Virus record (IMG/VR): IMGVR_UViG_3300048919_000048 | Location: 32,001-96,000 of that record | Direction: 5' to 3' (one strand) | DNA length: 64,000 nucleotides | Source of the DNA: a virus | Part shown: one piece after another, positions 8,932-18,640 of the stretch | How the letters are laid out: every line of letters begins with the position of its first letter | Numbering within the stretch: the stretch's first letter is position 1 | The notes under the pieces: model-generated | What the model was told of the DNA's origin: nothing | Seen by the model: the letters and a program-made list of their open reading frames with translations, nothing else | Database searches by the model: none | Position numbers and translations under genes: made by a program

Positions 8932-10285
8932 GACAGTAATTGGTAATGACGATGCGATGAAAGCTATCATGAATGGCGACAACGTGTTCGTCACTGGCCC
9001 GGGCGGCTCAGGAAAGAGTCTGATGATCGCCTCCCTGCGCGAGTTCTTCGCAGACAGCTTCCTGTTCGTTGCTCCGACGGGTATTGCTGCCCTGAACATC
9101 TCCGGGATCACTGCCCACAAGGCTTTCGGCCTGACCTTCGGCGTGACCACGGACGAAGACTACAAGGCAAAATCGAAGAAGCCTGCTATGCTGATGGCCT
9201 CTGATGCCTTGGATGCGATCGTCTTCGATGAGATCTCAATGATTCGTAGCGACAAGCTGCGAGAGATTGACATGAAGCTTCGCTATCACCGTAAGGTAAA
9301 CAAACCTTTTGGTGGTCTCCAAGTGATCGCCTTTGGCGATGGTTTCCAGATCAAGCCTGTACTGAAGCGAGATGAAACGGCACTGTTCCGTGATATGTAC
9401 GGAAGTGAAATCCCGTTCGGCTCCGAGGTATGGAAAGAACTGAACTTCACCAACGCATACCTGCCGAAGGTACACCGACAGGCGGACCCGGTATTTGCTG
9501 GTCACCTGAATAACATCCGTGTTGGCAACAATATCCCGGCGGCTGTTGATTATTTCAACCAACATTGTTTTGGTCCGGCGCTGCCGGGTGCGGTCACCCT
9601 GACCACCACAAACAAGCTGGCAGAAGAGATCAACCAGCGCGAGTTCGAAAAGATCAAGGCAGAGCCTCATGTGTTTGAAGCCAAGATCAGCGGTGAGTTC
9701 CCGGAGCGCCCGGTCAATGAGGTCCTGAACCTCAAAGAGGGTCTGAAAGTGATGATCGTTGTTAACGACAACGATAAGCAGAAGAAGACTCCGGACTACG
9801 TTAATGGAACGGTGGGGATCATCAAGCGTATTGCCAAGACCTTCGTGATTGTGGACATCGACGGCAAGCCGATCCATATCGGCAAGTACGAGTGGACGAA
9901 CGTGACCCAAGTCCCGGAGGAAAAGCTGGTTCAGGTAGAGAAAGAGATTGATCTTCCTGACGGGACCAAACAGGTTACCAAGGTGATGGAGAAGCAAACC
10001 GTTCTGGTTGATAAAGAGATCGGAAAGTATTTGCAGTTCCCATTCAAACTGGGTTATGCTATCACCGGACACAAAGCTCAGGGTCTTACCCTTGGCAAAG
10101 TGAACATCGACCTTGGCTTTGGCACCTTTACCGCCGGGCAGGCGTATGTGATGTTGTCCCGAGCAACCAGCACGGAAGGTCTTCGACTGATGAAGCGCCT
10201 GCGTGTGAAGGACATTATTGTTGATCAAGAGGTCCGCCGTTTCTACGACGAGACCTTCCCTGAAATTTTCGGAGGAGAAGCATGA
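8924..10285 (+). CDS. Pif1/RecD-like SF1B DNA helicase
   Basis: Walker A GPGGSGKS, APTGIAALNI, DEISM, PFGGLQVIAFGD..Q, HRQ, YAITGHKAQGLTL, GQAYVMLSR. Confidence 0.95.
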   Translation: MAKTVIGNDDAMKAIMNGDNVFVTGPGGSGKSLMIASLREFFADSFLFVAPTGIAALNISGITAHKAFGLTFGVTTDEDYKAKSKKPAMLMASDALDAIVFDEISMIRSDKLREIDMKLRYHRKVNKPFGGLQVIAFGDGFQIKPVLKRDETALFRDMYGSEIPFGSEVWKELNFTNAYLPKVHRQADPVFAGHLNNIRVGNNIPAAVDYFNQHCFGPALPGAVTLTTTNKLAEEINQREFEKIKAEPHVFEAKISGEFPERPVNEVLNLKEGLKVMIVVNDNDKQKKTPDYVNGTVGIIKRIAKTFVIVDIDGKPIHIGKYEWTNVTQVPEEKLVQVEKEIDLPDGTKQVTKVMEKQTVLVDKEIGKYLQFPFKLGYAITGHKAQGLTLGKVNIDLGFGTFTAGQAYVMLSRATSTEGLRLMKRLRVKDIIVDQEVRRFYDETFPEIFGGEA

Positions 10286-10506
10286 GAAAGAACCCATTCA
10301 AACTGAACCAGAACGTCCGATTCGCACCGAAGTCGGACACGTGGGAAGAAGATTACACCTCGGCAGGTGTCCGCCCCGGTGACATCGGGGTAGTTGTCGG
10401 CGTGGATTTCGACGACGATGTTGTCGTAAACTTCCTGCGTCAGGACGGGTCTATCTGCGAGCATTTCTTCGCATTTATTGAAGACGTGGAGGCAGTTGAT
10501 GAGTAA
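10282..10506 (+). CDS. Small SH3/KOW-like protein
   Basis: GGAGGAG RBS; FKLNQNVR...GDIGVVV. Confidence 0.75.
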   Translation: MRKNPFKLNQNVRFAPKSDTWEEDYTSAGVRPGDIGVVVGVDFDDDVVVNFLRQDGSICEHFFAFIEDVEAVDE

Positions 10507-10720
10507 ATACGAAACGGGTATGCGTGTTCGTATCGACGAGGGGTTGACAGGGGAGGACGATTTTCCATACACTGGTGTTGGTCGTCTTGTTTCCAAGGGC
10601 TATGAGACTTGGAAAGTTTCTCTCGAATGGCTTATTGATCCCACAGGGCAGAAAATTGGCGGGCCGGGGGATACCTACACCATCTATGAGAGCGAAATCG
10701 CAGAGGTGCTGAATGATTAA
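10499..10720 (+). CDS. Small SH3/KOW-like protein
   Basis: GGAGG RBS; KYETGMRVRI...YESEI. Confidence 0.75.
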   Translation: MSKYETGMRVRIDEGLTGEDDFPYTGVGRLVSKGYETWKVSLEWLIDPTGQKIGGPGDTYTIYESEIAEVLND

Positions 10721-11126
10721 GGACTGCTTCGGCGTCCAGGCGATTGTGGGGGACCACATCGCCTTTTCAAGGGGCAATGCAGGAGCCAAGCCCTTTGAAG
10801 AAGCCGTTATTACCAAAATCACTGCAAAGTCCATCTATTTCAGTGGGAAAACTGGCTCCATGTACCGCTCGGCGTCGGATGAACTCCGCAGGGGAGAGGG
10901 TTGTTTCGTAATAGACACGACTAAACGAGACCCCGGTAAAGAGGGCCGGGCCAACGCTTGGGCGTCGTTTGACAAGCACGTCCGGAAGATTGACGGCCCG
11001 GCGGCAGAACTCCGCAGGGAAGTCTCCGCAGAGCTTCATTTTAATGGGTGTGCATCTGCGTGGGTTCACCATGCCCACTTTGTTGATGCCTTGGTGGAAA
11101 AATATGAGGAGTCTCTCAATGACTAA
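10713..11126 (+). CDS. Hypothetical protein
   Basis: GAGG RBS; KDCFGVQAIVGDHIAF. Confidence 0.8.
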   Translation: MIKDCFGVQAIVGDHIAFSRGNAGAKPFEEAVITKITAKSIYFSGKTGSMYRSASDELRRGEGCFVIDTTKRDPGKEGRANAWASFDKHVRKIDGPAAELRREVSAELHFNGCASAWVHHAHFVDALVEKYEESLND

Positions 11127-11283
11127 AGACCTTGGCAACCTGTCCATGAGCCACTTGCTGGCCCTGCGCGATCTGGGCCGTGATGATCTTCGCCGTGTGG
11201 AGAAGAACAAGGCAGAACTGGAAGGAATGTTGGCGGCAATTAAGCTGGAGATCGAAGCCCGTGGAAACCGAGCAGCAGAGTAG
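11119..11283 (+). CDS. Small coiled-coil protein
   Basis: GAGGAG RBS. Confidence 0.7.
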   Translation: MTKDLGNLSMSHLLALRDLGRDDLRRVEKNKAELEGMLAAIKLEIEARGNRAAE

Positions 11284-11290
11284 GGTCAGA

Positions 11291-11557
11291 ATGACCGCAG
11301 AACGCCACTGGGAGCGTTTTGACGAGGCATGTCATGGAAACGCCCAGCAAATGGCAGAAATCGCTGAGAGCGCGATTGAGGAGCTTTTACAGCGGGAGCA
11401 TGAAACTCCTCGACTGAAGCCTCATTTGTTCAACCAAATGATCATCGACATCATGTTTGCGATGAATAAGTACGGAGCCACGCAACAGATGCGTACTCAC
11501 CTCGTGCAGATCATCTCCAAATATATTGCCCCTGATCATCCGCACACGAGGCCATGA
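11291..11557 (+). CDS. Hypothetical protein
   Basis: Tiles operon. Confidence 0.7.
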   Translation: MTAERHWERFDEACHGNAQQMAEIAESAIEELLQREHETPRLKPHLFNQMIIDIMFAMNKYGATQQMRTHLVQIISKYIAPDHPHTRP

Positions 11558-11928
11558 TGAAAAAGAAAACTGTTGATTTAAAGGCGCTGACCACAGAAGA
11601 GCTAAAGGCTATCCTGTTCAACAATGCCGGGGGTTGGTACAACACCCCCTACGACTTCTTCCAAGTGAAGGCAGAGTATGATAGTCGTTTCCCAAAGGTA
11701 GAGTTCGAAATAGTCGGACCTTGTCAGAAAGTAATCGACAAATATTTCAACCCCGGGTTGTACGAAGGTCCGGCACATCTGTTTAGGGTGGAAGGAAACC
11801 GGATAACCCATGTTGACGTTAACGAGTTCATGTGGGCCGTTGGGATGTCTGATTACTTCCAGAGCGAGGGTTATGTCCCTGTTACAGAGGGGTCGATGCT
11901 CTTGAGAGGGGTTTCAGATGGAACGTGA
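11554..11928 (+). CDS. Hypothetical protein
   Basis: GAGG RBS; ATGA overlap. Confidence 0.75.
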   Translation: MMKKKTVDLKALTTEELKAILFNNAGGWYNTPYDFFQVKAEYDSRFPKVEFEIVGPCQKVIDKYFNPGLYEGPAHLFRVEGNRITHVDVNEFMWAVGMSDYFQSEGYVPVTEGSMLLRGVSDGT

Positions 11929-12115
11929 TTCTTACTGCAAGGTGAAAAAGACCCAAGGGGACTTCGACAGGGCCTGCGACCTCGGGTATGGTATCAACCT
12001 GTACGATTGCACGAAGGATGAGATGAGGCTTATTCTGCCAGTCTCTCCGGCGTACATGAAGTTACTGGTTGAGCGTGATAATTTCACTATTTTGACGGAG
12101 CCTGAGTACAGATGA
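11918..12115 (+). CDS. Hypothetical protein
   Basis: GAGAGGGG RBS. Confidence 0.7.
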   Translation: MERDSYCKVKKTQGDFDRACDLGYGINLYDCTKDEMRLILPVSPAYMKLLVERDNFTILTEPEYR

Positions 12116-12291
12116 TTATGCTGATCCCCTTGGGAATTTTCTTGATGGCCTTGTTCATCTTGGCGGTTGGTTTGCCGTACCTCAAGATGATCACGGCTAA
12201 AAACATCGGCGGGTGCCGGGTATACTGTATCCGGGTTGGGTATTCACACATCGTCACTGGCGATGGTCGTTACTGGGAGCACATCTGGTGA
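12112..12291 (+). CDS. Small membrane protein (59 aa, not in ORF track)
   Basis: ATGA overlap; N-terminal TM MIMLIPLGIFLMALFILAVGL. Confidence 0.6.
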   Translation: MIMLIPLGIFLMALFILAVGLPYLKMITAKNIGGCRVYCIRVGYSHIVTGDGRYWEHIW

Positions 12292-12479
12292 AACCTGTCT
12301 TTGCTTATGAGATCAACGACGTTGTTCTCTTTGACCAGGGCAATCAGCGCTGGGATTATCGAGGGGAAGGAAAGATCCTTCTCCAGCAGGAGTATATCAC
12401 CTGCAATGCTTATCTGGTCGAAATGCCGGATGGAGTCAAAACACAGGTCAGAGAAGACCAAATTTCCGGCAAGAAGTAA
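12288..12479 (+). CDS. Small SH3-like protein
   Basis: GGGAG RBS; GTGA overlap; YEINDVV...VREDQI. Confidence 0.65.
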   Translation: MKPVFAYEINDVVLFDQGNQRWDYRGEGKILLQQEYITCNAYLVEMPDGVKTQVREDQISGKK

Positions 12480-12514
12480 CAGATCAGTTAAGAAATCATC
12501 AATAAGGAGTTATC

Positions 12515-12790
12515 ATGCGTAGCACAACTGTAGAGTTCCCATATTTTCACAAGGCGTTCGGTAAAGAAGTAGTAGTCGAGGCTGAAGTGATGCTGTATAA
12601 GGGCATTCCAAACGCCGAGAGCGACTGGGATGCAGAGGATTACCTCGAAATCATCTCCGTTGCTGTATATCACGAAGGTGATGTGCTCGACATTGACATT
12701 CCCCGCAAAGTGATCTACTCTGAGATCTCGGCTCAGATCCGTGATGCCGAAATGCAGCAAGCGTTCTTGGAAGAAGATGGGGGTTTTTGA
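12515..12790 (+). CDS. Acidic hypothetical protein
   Basis: AAGGAG RBS. Confidence 0.8.
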   Translation: MRSTTVEFPYFHKAFGKEVVVEAEVMLYKGIPNAESDWDAEDYLEIISVAVYHEGDVLDIDIPRKVIYSEISAQIRDAEMQQAFLEEDGGF

Positions 12791-12969
12791 TGGATGTTAA
12801 ACTGTTGGTGTATACTCACCCTGGCGAGTTAGAGCGTCAGATCCGAAAGTGGACCCGTGAGTATGGTTACACCTTACAAGGTTCTGTCTCTATCGGGACA
12901 AATCCTAATGGCAGTACGGTTTATGTTGCCACAATGGTCGAATCTCCTAAGAAAGGAGGTAAGAAGTGA
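12790..12969 (+). CDS. Hypothetical protein
   Basis: TGATG coupling. Confidence 0.7.
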   Translation: MDVKLLVYTHPGELERQIRKWTREYGYTLQGSVSIGTNPNGSTVYVATMVESPKKGGKK

Positions 12970-15050
12970 GCCAATTTGGTGAAGGATTGTTTGGTGGTTA
13001 CAAGACGGGGTACACCAACCCGAAGGCGTCTACCACACGTGGTTTTGGAGGCGGAGTGCAGCGAGTTGAAGAGACAGTTGAGGACGTAAAGACGTACCCC
13101 TTCAAGGCGATCCCGGAACGTGGGATTGATGAGAAGACTGCGGAACGCTTCGGTATTCGTACAAAGCTGTCTGCTAAGGACGGCATGACTCCGGAAGCGC
13201 ACTATTTTCCGTACACCCTGGAAGGGAAGATTGTAGGCTTCAAGAAGCGCGATCTGACCGTCCCTAAGCAGCAGAAGGGCCACTTCAGCACGATCGGCTT
13301 CCAGTCTGTAGCCTGTGATCTGTTTGGTCTGGAGGGTGCCAACAAGTCATCCAAGCGTATGATCTTCATCACTGAAGGTGAGTACGATGCGGCGATCCTG
13401 TGGCAAGTTCTCCGTGAGAAGTATAAAGCGAAGGATGGCAACGCACGTAAGCCAAACTTCACGGTGGTGTCCATCTCCAACGGCACCTCTAACGCAGTGC
13501 AGAACCTGTCTCAAAAGAACAACTATAAGTTGTTGAGCAAGTTCGAAGAGATCATTGTGGCATTCGACGCTGACCGTGCGAACGAAGCAGAGAAGGCCAA
13601 GGGTATCATGAAGGGTAAAGACGCTGTGGCAGCGGTGTATTCCGTTATCCCACAGATGAAGGTTGTCGATATCCCGGAAGACATGGACCCGTGCGACATG
13701 TACAACAAGGGCCTCGCTGACCAGCTTTTCTGGGCGGCGATGAAGCCAAAGGAATACGTGCCGGATGGTTTTGCGACTTACTCTCAGTTCCGTGAGAAAG
13801 CGCACGAGATCCCTAAGCTCGGTAAGAAATGGCCTTGGCCTACGATGACCCGCCTGACTCTGGGCCGTCGCCTCGGCGAGGGTATGTTCGTCGGGGCCGG
13901 GGTTAAGATGGGTAAGTCCGAGTGGCTTAACCAGCTTGTTGAGCATATCATCGGGACCGAAGGCCGTAAGGCTGCGGTGTTCAAGTTCGAGGAAGAGAAC
14001 GAGATCACCTGTAAGAAGGTTGCTGGTAAGATGTATCACAAGGACTTTGTGAACGCCGAGAAGGTCCTGATCCCACAGGAAGACGGTACTTTCCGTGACA
14101 TCTGGGGTGAGGAGGTCTTCGAGGGCCAACGTGGTTACTTCAAGCAGGAAGAACTGATTGAAGCCACGGACAAGGTTGGCGATAACATCATCTACTACAA
14201 CAACTATGGTCGTGCAGTTTGGGACGAGGTGAAAGGCGCTATCCGCCATGCGGTTATCGTTGAAGGCTGTGAAGATATCTTCATTGACCCAATCACCCGT
14301 CTGGTGCAGGGTATGTCGGCATCTGAGGCCAACGTGGAACTGGAGCGCTTCTCTGACGAGATCTCCAAGCTTGCGAAGGAACTCGGATTCTGGTACTGTT
14401 GCTTCTGTCACCTGAACAAACCAGAGGCGGGTAAGCCTCACGAGTTTGGTGGTCAGGTCCAGTCGGCACAGTTTGCAGGTTCCCGTGCGATGATGCGTAA
14501 CACCTACTACATGGTGGGTATTGAGCGTAACAAGGACCCAGAGCTTCCAATGAAGCAGAGAAACACGTCGTGGTTTGTGCTTCTGGATGACCGTAAACAC
14601 GGTCGTGCTGGTAAGTTCCCGGTGTTCTATGACATCGACACAGGTGATTATCTGGAGCCGCCAGAAGGCTTCTTGGATAGCCCGTATGAAACTCTTCGTG
14701 AGTGGTATGCTGTGCATCCGGAGCATGACCCTAACAACGAGTCGTATCAGGAGCCTCTCGGAAATGCGGCGCAGCCGTTGTCCGTGGAGAACCAGGATAA
14801 GACCGGGTCTGATCTGACTGAGGATGACATTCCTCCGGCAGATGCAGAGTTCTTGGCGGCTCAGGAAGAGGCCAAGCTGGCAGAAGAGCAACCTCAGGTT
14901 GTTGAGCAGCAAGATCTGAGTCTTGAAGAAGAGGTTACTGATCCGGTTGTGGAGGAGAACGTTGCCCAAGTTCATCACACCTGTAATCCAGAAATCCCTG
15001 AAGTCCCGGACATGCCGGAAGACGACTTCAACGATGAATGTCCGTTCTGA
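12966..15050 (+). CDS. DNA primase-helicase (T7 gp4-like) with long acidic C-terminal tail
   Basis: ERGI, TOPRIM ITEGEYDA and FDAD..G; Walker A GAGVKMGKSE; IFIDPI; HLNK; AGSRAM; RKHGRAG. Confidence 0.93.
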   Translation: MSQFGEGLFGGYKTGYTNPKASTTRGFGGGVQRVEETVEDVKTYPFKAIPERGIDEKTAERFGIRTKLSAKDGMTPEAHYFPYTLEGKIVGFKKRDLTVPKQQKGHFSTIGFQSVACDLFGLEGANKSSKRMIFITEGEYDAAILWQVLREKYKAKDGNARKPNFTVVSISNGTSNAVQNLSQKNNYKLLSKFEEIIVAFDADRANEAEKAKGIMKGKDAVAAVYSVIPQMKVVDIPEDMDPCDMYNKGLADQLFWAAMKPKEYVPDGFATYSQFREKAHEIPKLGKKWPWPTMTRLTLGRRLGEGMFVGAGVKMGKSEWLNQLVEHIIGTEGRKAAVFKFEEENEITCKKVAGKMYHKDFVNAEKVLIPQEDGTFRDIWGEEVFEGQRGYFKQEELIEATDKVGDNIIYYNNYGRAVWDEVKGAIRHAVIVEGCEDIFIDPITRLVQGMSASEANVELERFSDEISKLAKELGFWYCCFCHLNKPEAGKPHEFGGQVQSAQFAGSRAMMRNTYYMVGIERNKDPELPMKQRNTSWFVLLDDRKHGRAGKFPVFYDIDTGDYLEPPEGFLDSPYETLREWYAVHPEHDPNNESYQEPLGNAAQPLSVENQDKTGSDLTEDDIPPADAEFLAAQEEAKLAEEQPQVVEQQDLSLEEEVTDPVVEENVAQVHHTCNPEIPEVPDMPEDDFNDECPF

Positions 15051-15055
15051 TTAAC

Positions 15056-15076
15056 GGGGCTTCGGCCCCATTTTCT
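15056..15076 (+). terminator. Rho-independent terminator
   Basis: GGGGC-TTCG-GCCCC followed by ATTTTCTT. Confidence 0.7.
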
Positions 15077-15086
15077 TGAGGTGAGT

Positions 15087-15599
15087 ATGATTATTGAACG
15101 TAAACGTGGTGGTCAGCGCAACGATTTTGATATGCCTGCGTTAGAGGACCACTCAACCATCGAACTGACCGACATGGTCACGGCGGCATTCCAAAAAGGT
15201 ATGCAGGATGGCCTGAAGGATACAATTGACGTTTCCTATGGCAAGGTGGTGACGGAAGACTCCAAATTCTACCCGATTGACCGAAAAGTGCCGGAGTACC
15301 TGTACCCGGATCTGGCTGAGTTTGTCAGGACCAAGCAGGCATCTACGGACCTGCGTAATTTCATCGCTCAGATCATCTCGGTCCAAGTATCTAACTTTGT
15401 GACGGTTGTTTTACAATCCGGTAAGCGGTCTGTGGAGTTCCACCCTGCGGACACCGTGCAGCATTGTAACACCACGGCGCTTCCAGTGTACGCATTCCTC
15501 GTCCGCCTGGGGAACAGTTTTTATATCCAGACGGAAACTTCTTTCCGGGTATTCGACCCGGAACCAGAGGTTGAAGAGGCTGTGCCCTTCAAAGAATAA
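15087..15599 (+). CDS. Hypothetical protein
   Basis: GAGGTG RBS. Confidence 0.8.
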   Translation: MIIERKRGGQRNDFDMPALEDHSTIELTDMVTAAFQKGMQDGLKDTIDVSYGKVVTEDSKFYPIDRKVPEYLYPDLAEFVRTKQASTDLRNFIAQIISVQVSNFVTVVLQSGKRSVEFHPADTVQHCNTTALPVYAFLVRLGNSFYIQTETSFRVFDPEPEVEEAVPFKE

Positions 15600-15600
15600 T

Positions 15601-15626
15601 AAAAGGTCCCTTCGGGGACCTTTTTT
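15601..15626 (+). terminator. Rho-independent terminator
   Basis: AAAAGGTCCC-TTCG-GGGACCTTTTTT. Confidence 0.9.
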
Positions 15627-15629
15627 CGT

Positions 15630-15658
15630 TTGACGTGCAAGGAAAACTTGTGTAGACT
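15630..15658 (+). promoter_or_regulatory. Sigma70-type promoter
   Basis: TTGACG-17 bp-TAGACT directly after terminator. Confidence 0.65.
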
Positions 15659-15686
15659 CGAATTAATAGTTAATAGAGGGGGTATT

Positions 15687-15983
15687 ATGGTAAAGTTAAT
15701 GGTTCCTGTAGTTCGTGATATTATTTCAGAAAGAACTGGCATTCCAAGTGCCGTCGGCACATCAGTTGAGGTGGTTAAAAAGATCCCCAAATATTCCCGG
15801 ATCTTGGTGTCTGTGCCGGGCATAGGCAAGCCACGTAAATTCCCGGTGCGTGAAGACCTGTATCTGGTTAATGCACCGAAGACCCGTTGGATGAACGGAC
15901 CTGTGCAATGTGAAGAGGCTATGGTCATGTTCGAAGGCTATGTCGGTAACGATATGTATTCTGCGGAGGAACTCGGCTTATGA
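15687..15983 (+). CDS. Hypothetical protein
   Basis: AGAGGGGG RBS. Confidence 0.75.
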   Translation: MVKLMVPVVRDIISERTGIPSAVGTSVEVVKKIPKYSRILVSVPGIGKPRKFPVREDLYLVNAPKTRWMNGPVQCEEAMVMFEGYVGNDMYSAEELGL

Positions 15984-16120
15984 TCACTCTATTTATGACG
16001 TTGATGGCTCACTGTTTTGGTCGCCGTCCCGTGGAAGACTACATGTGGGTAATTGCCTTCATGATCGGTGCCATGGAAATTATGTTCGGCACGATATTGC
16101 TGGCGGAGTTGATCAAATGA
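15980..16120 (+). CDS. Small membrane protein (46 aa, not in ORF track)
   Basis: ATGA overlaps at both ends; hydrophobic. Confidence 0.6.
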   Translation: MITLFMTLMAHCFGRRPVEDYMWVIAFMIGAMEIMFGTILLAELIK

Positions 16121-16299
16121 GCATCATGGTAGAGGGCCGGGAGTGGAAGGAATACTCCATCGAGTGGTATGATGTGGAGGGCAGAAAGTTTTCCTTCAAC
16201 ATCCCGGCTATCAGTAAGGAACACGCCTCCTACATTCTGGAGGAAATCAAAAATACCGCCCGGTTGGGCGATGAGGTTGTGGGGAAATATCGTGCTTGA
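16117..16299 (+). CDS. Hypothetical protein
   Basis: GGAG RBS; ATGA overlap. Confidence 0.7.
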   Translation: MSIMVEGREWKEYSIEWYDVEGRKFSFNIPAISKEHASYILEEIKNTARLGDEVVGKYRA

Positions 16300-16501
16300 C
16301 AAGGATCTCGAAACCCATTACAGTGTGAAGTGTCGAATGTCCCTTGGGGATTCCTATCACGTCTGCGGCTATGCCCGGGACGAAGAGAATCTCAAGGAAC
16401 TCATGGAACACCTGAAAAAGACCTGGCGGTACGTTGAGTACACTGCGTACAAAGCCAAGGCTTATGTTGAACCACCATCGAAAAGGAAGGTTAAGAAATG
16501 A
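16292..16501 (+). CDS. Hypothetical protein
   Basis: GGGG RBS; GTG start. Confidence 0.6.
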   Translation: MLDKDLETHYSVKCRMSLGDSYHVCGYARDEENLKELMEHLKKTWRYVEYTAYKAKAYVEPPSKRKVKK

Positions 16502-16692
16502 AAATGTTACTCTGCCAGCGTGTAAGAAAAGGCTTCGAAGACGTATTCACTGCCGGGAAGAAGTATAAGATCGTAGCCACGGCACCTAACGGGAAGGCGT
16601 GGAATGTGGAGCGCTTCCCGGGGGATGTCACCTTTGTCGGGGCCGCTGGGTCCATCTTTGGGGACTTTATTGAGGTCGAGGCTGATGAGTGA
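16498..16692 (+). CDS. Hypothetical protein
   Basis: ATGA overlap; FTAGKKYKI. Confidence 0.7.
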   Translation: MKMLLCQRVRKGFEDVFTAGKKYKIVATAPNGKAWNVERFPGDVTFVGAAGSIFGDFIEVEADE

Positions 16693-16957
16693 TCTGGACC
16701 GCAGGGACCCCTGCAATCTGCACGAAGGTACGCTGTTCTCCGGTGGGTACGCTTTGGTGTACGGCGGGCCAAAAGAATTCCACGGGAAGATGGTCTTCCT
16801 GAGCCAAGCTGATGAGCACGGTTGGTGGGAGTCTTTTGACCGCAAAGGGGATATGTTGATCCTCAACACTGACTGGCTGATGCCAGTTTCGGAACCAAAT
16901 TGGGATAACAAAACCGATTTGGACACTTTCCTTTATGAAGCGAGGTACGGGTCATGA
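16685..16957 (+). CDS. Hypothetical protein
   Basis: GAGG RBS. Confidence 0.7.
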   Translation: MSDLDRRDPCNLHEGTLFSGGYALVYGGPKEFHGKMVFLSQADEHGWWESFDRKGDMLILNTDWLMPVSEPNWDNKTDLDTFLYEARYGS

Positions 16958-17295
16958 TTGAACGCATCGCAGATTTGGTGGAGGGCAGTATGGACCGGTG
17001 GATATCAGTCCTGTCACCATTCACATCACCAACCCTGCTCTTTTTCCTTTGGTTTGCTGCGTCATCTGTGGCGCTGTTCCTTATCCTTCGCCATCAGTAC
17101 AAGGTTTACCGTATTGTGTGGATATCTGAGGGGCTTGAGGCAATTATCGCAGGTATTTGCGGAGGGCTGGCGGTGTTGGCAATTTATTCTGTGCCTGTGA
17201 TTTTGTTTGGGATGTTGCTTTTACTGGTTGTATACGGCATCCTGATGGTCTTCCAGTTCTTGGCTGTAGCTTCAGTGGAGGGATTTAAACGATGA
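16954..17295 (+). CDS. Membrane protein
   Basis: About three TM segments. Confidence 0.75.
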   Translation: MIERIADLVEGSMDRWISVLSPFTSPTLLFFLWFAASSVALFLILRHQYKVYRIVWISEGLEAIIAGICGGLAVLAIYSVPVILFGMLLLLVVYGILMVFQFLAVASVEGFKR

Positions 17296-17474
17296 TGGGT
17301 GGCACAGTACGTGTGGTGAGCACAACTCGCCGGGTCCCGGCTCTGACTGTCAACGGGCGCTATCAGGTGTTTATTCGCCAAGGCAAGGAGTTCATCCTTG
17401 ACTGGTACGGCGGTTATGTCCCGGTGAAAGAGGCCAAAGAGGCGGGGATCGTCTTGGAGCGTATCCATGGCTAA
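17292..17474 (+). CDS. Hypothetical protein
   Basis: GGAGGG RBS; ATGA overlap. Confidence 0.65.
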   Translation: MMGGTVRVVSTTRRVPALTVNGRYQVFIRQGKEFILDWYGGYVPVKEAKEAGIVLERIHG

Positions 17475-17700
17475 GAAGATGACCCTGAAAGCCTGCCCGT
17501 TCTGCGCTTGTAAGGCGTACTGGACGAAGGGTGACAGGAATACGAAGATGAACGATCGTGTTCAGTGCCTTGAATGCTTTGCCGAGATAGAGGGTGATTA
17601 CACCACCATGTCTGCGCTTGAAGCTTGGAACACCCGGTGCTCAAGCTACGCGATTTCCCAAAACGATCGCCTGGTCAATATCGAAGGAGAAAATTTATGA
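17467..17700 (+). CDS. Lar-family (restriction alleviation-like) zinc-ribbon protein
   Basis: LKACPFC...VQCLEC.AE...A.EAWNTR signature. Confidence 0.8.
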   Translation: MAKKMTLKACPFCACKAYWTKGDRNTKMNDRVQCLECFAEIEGDYTTMSALEAWNTRCSSYAISQNDRLVNIEGENL

Positions 17701-17972
17701 AATATTGGGTACGTTTAGACAAAGAGCGGATCATGAAAGATTATGATGAGGAAAGCCTGCTGGAAGGTTCAGGTACTGACTCTATCTACCTAATCCGTCA
17801 ACTCCGCCTGCTGATCCTTCATGGGGAGGGAATGTTCGCTGTTGACGAAGAAAGTCTTCTTATGGCCCAAAGCTCGGTCTACCTGAAAGAAGATGTTGAT
17901 GGCGGGATGTACAGCGGCGTGTACGTACCGTGCTTCATCGTAGCCCCTGTGGATGAGGTGGTTAATGGATAA
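17697..17972 (+). CDS. Hypothetical protein
   Basis: AAGGAG RBS. Confidence 0.7.
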   Translation: MKYWVRLDKERIMKDYDEESLLEGSGTDSIYLIRQLRLLILHGEGMFAVDEESLLMAQSSVYLKEDVDGGMYSGVYVPCFIVAPVDEVVNG

Positions 17973-18636
17973 AGTGGTCTGGAGCCTCTTTGATGGCTCC
18001 GGCTTCATGGGGTATGAGTACGCCAAGAACGGTTGGAAGGTGTTCTGTTTCAACGCAGACACCGCCGACCATGGGCAGTACGAACTGCGCCGGGAGCATC
18101 CTAATATTCAGTACGTTAACTGCTGGATCGATGACAAGTTTGAGGCTTTCATTGCCAAATCAGGCATCCCTAAGCCCGACATCATTTTTGCATTCCCAAG
18201 CTGTACCAATCTATCCGGGGCCGGGGCGAAGCACTCCCGAACGAAGATTGAGTTGATGGAGTCGATCGACAATGCCGTGATGGTGGAGCGTATCGCTAAC
18301 ACCTTCAACTGCCCTTGGATGGTTGAGAACCCGGTTGGGAAGATGAGTACAATCTGGCGTAAGCCGGATCATTACTTCGACCCCTACGAGTATGGTGGTT
18401 ATCTGTCCCCGATTGAGGGAAGTTACCACCCGAAAATGCCGTACCGGAATGCATACACCAAAAAGACTTGCCTTTGGACCGGGAATGGGTTTATCATGCC
18501 GGATAAGAAGCCAGTTCCACACATTGGTTGTTTCTGGGGCTGGAAATACCTCGGCGGTAAGTCAGAGAGGACCAAGCAGTTACGGTCCTTGACTCCTGAG
18601 GGTTTCGCAAGGGCAGTCTATCAATTTAACAGGTGA
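17965..18636 (+). CDS. DNA (cytosine-5) methyltransferase, compact phage type
   Basis: SLFDGSG (motif I), AFPSCT (motif IV), MVENP (motif VI), YTKKTCLW, RSLTP.GFA.A. Confidence 0.85.
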   Translation: MDKVVWSLFDGSGFMGYEYAKNGWKVFCFNADTADHGQYELRREHPNIQYVNCWIDDKFEAFIAKSGIPKPDIIFAFPSCTNLSGAGAKHSRTKIELMESIDNAVMVERIANTFNCPWMVENPVGKMSTIWRKPDHYFDPYEYGGYLSPIEGSYHPKMPYRNAYTKKTCLWTGNGFIMPDKKPVPHIGCFWGWKYLGGKSERTKQLRSLTPEGFARAVYQFNR

Positions 18637-18640
18637 GAAT

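Noticed and set aside
9236-10297. 353-aa antisense ORF
   Set aside because: Shadow of the helicase gene.
13347-14978. 543-aa antisense ORF
   Set aside because: Shadow of the primase-helicase gene caused by codon bias; no RBS or recognisable motifs.
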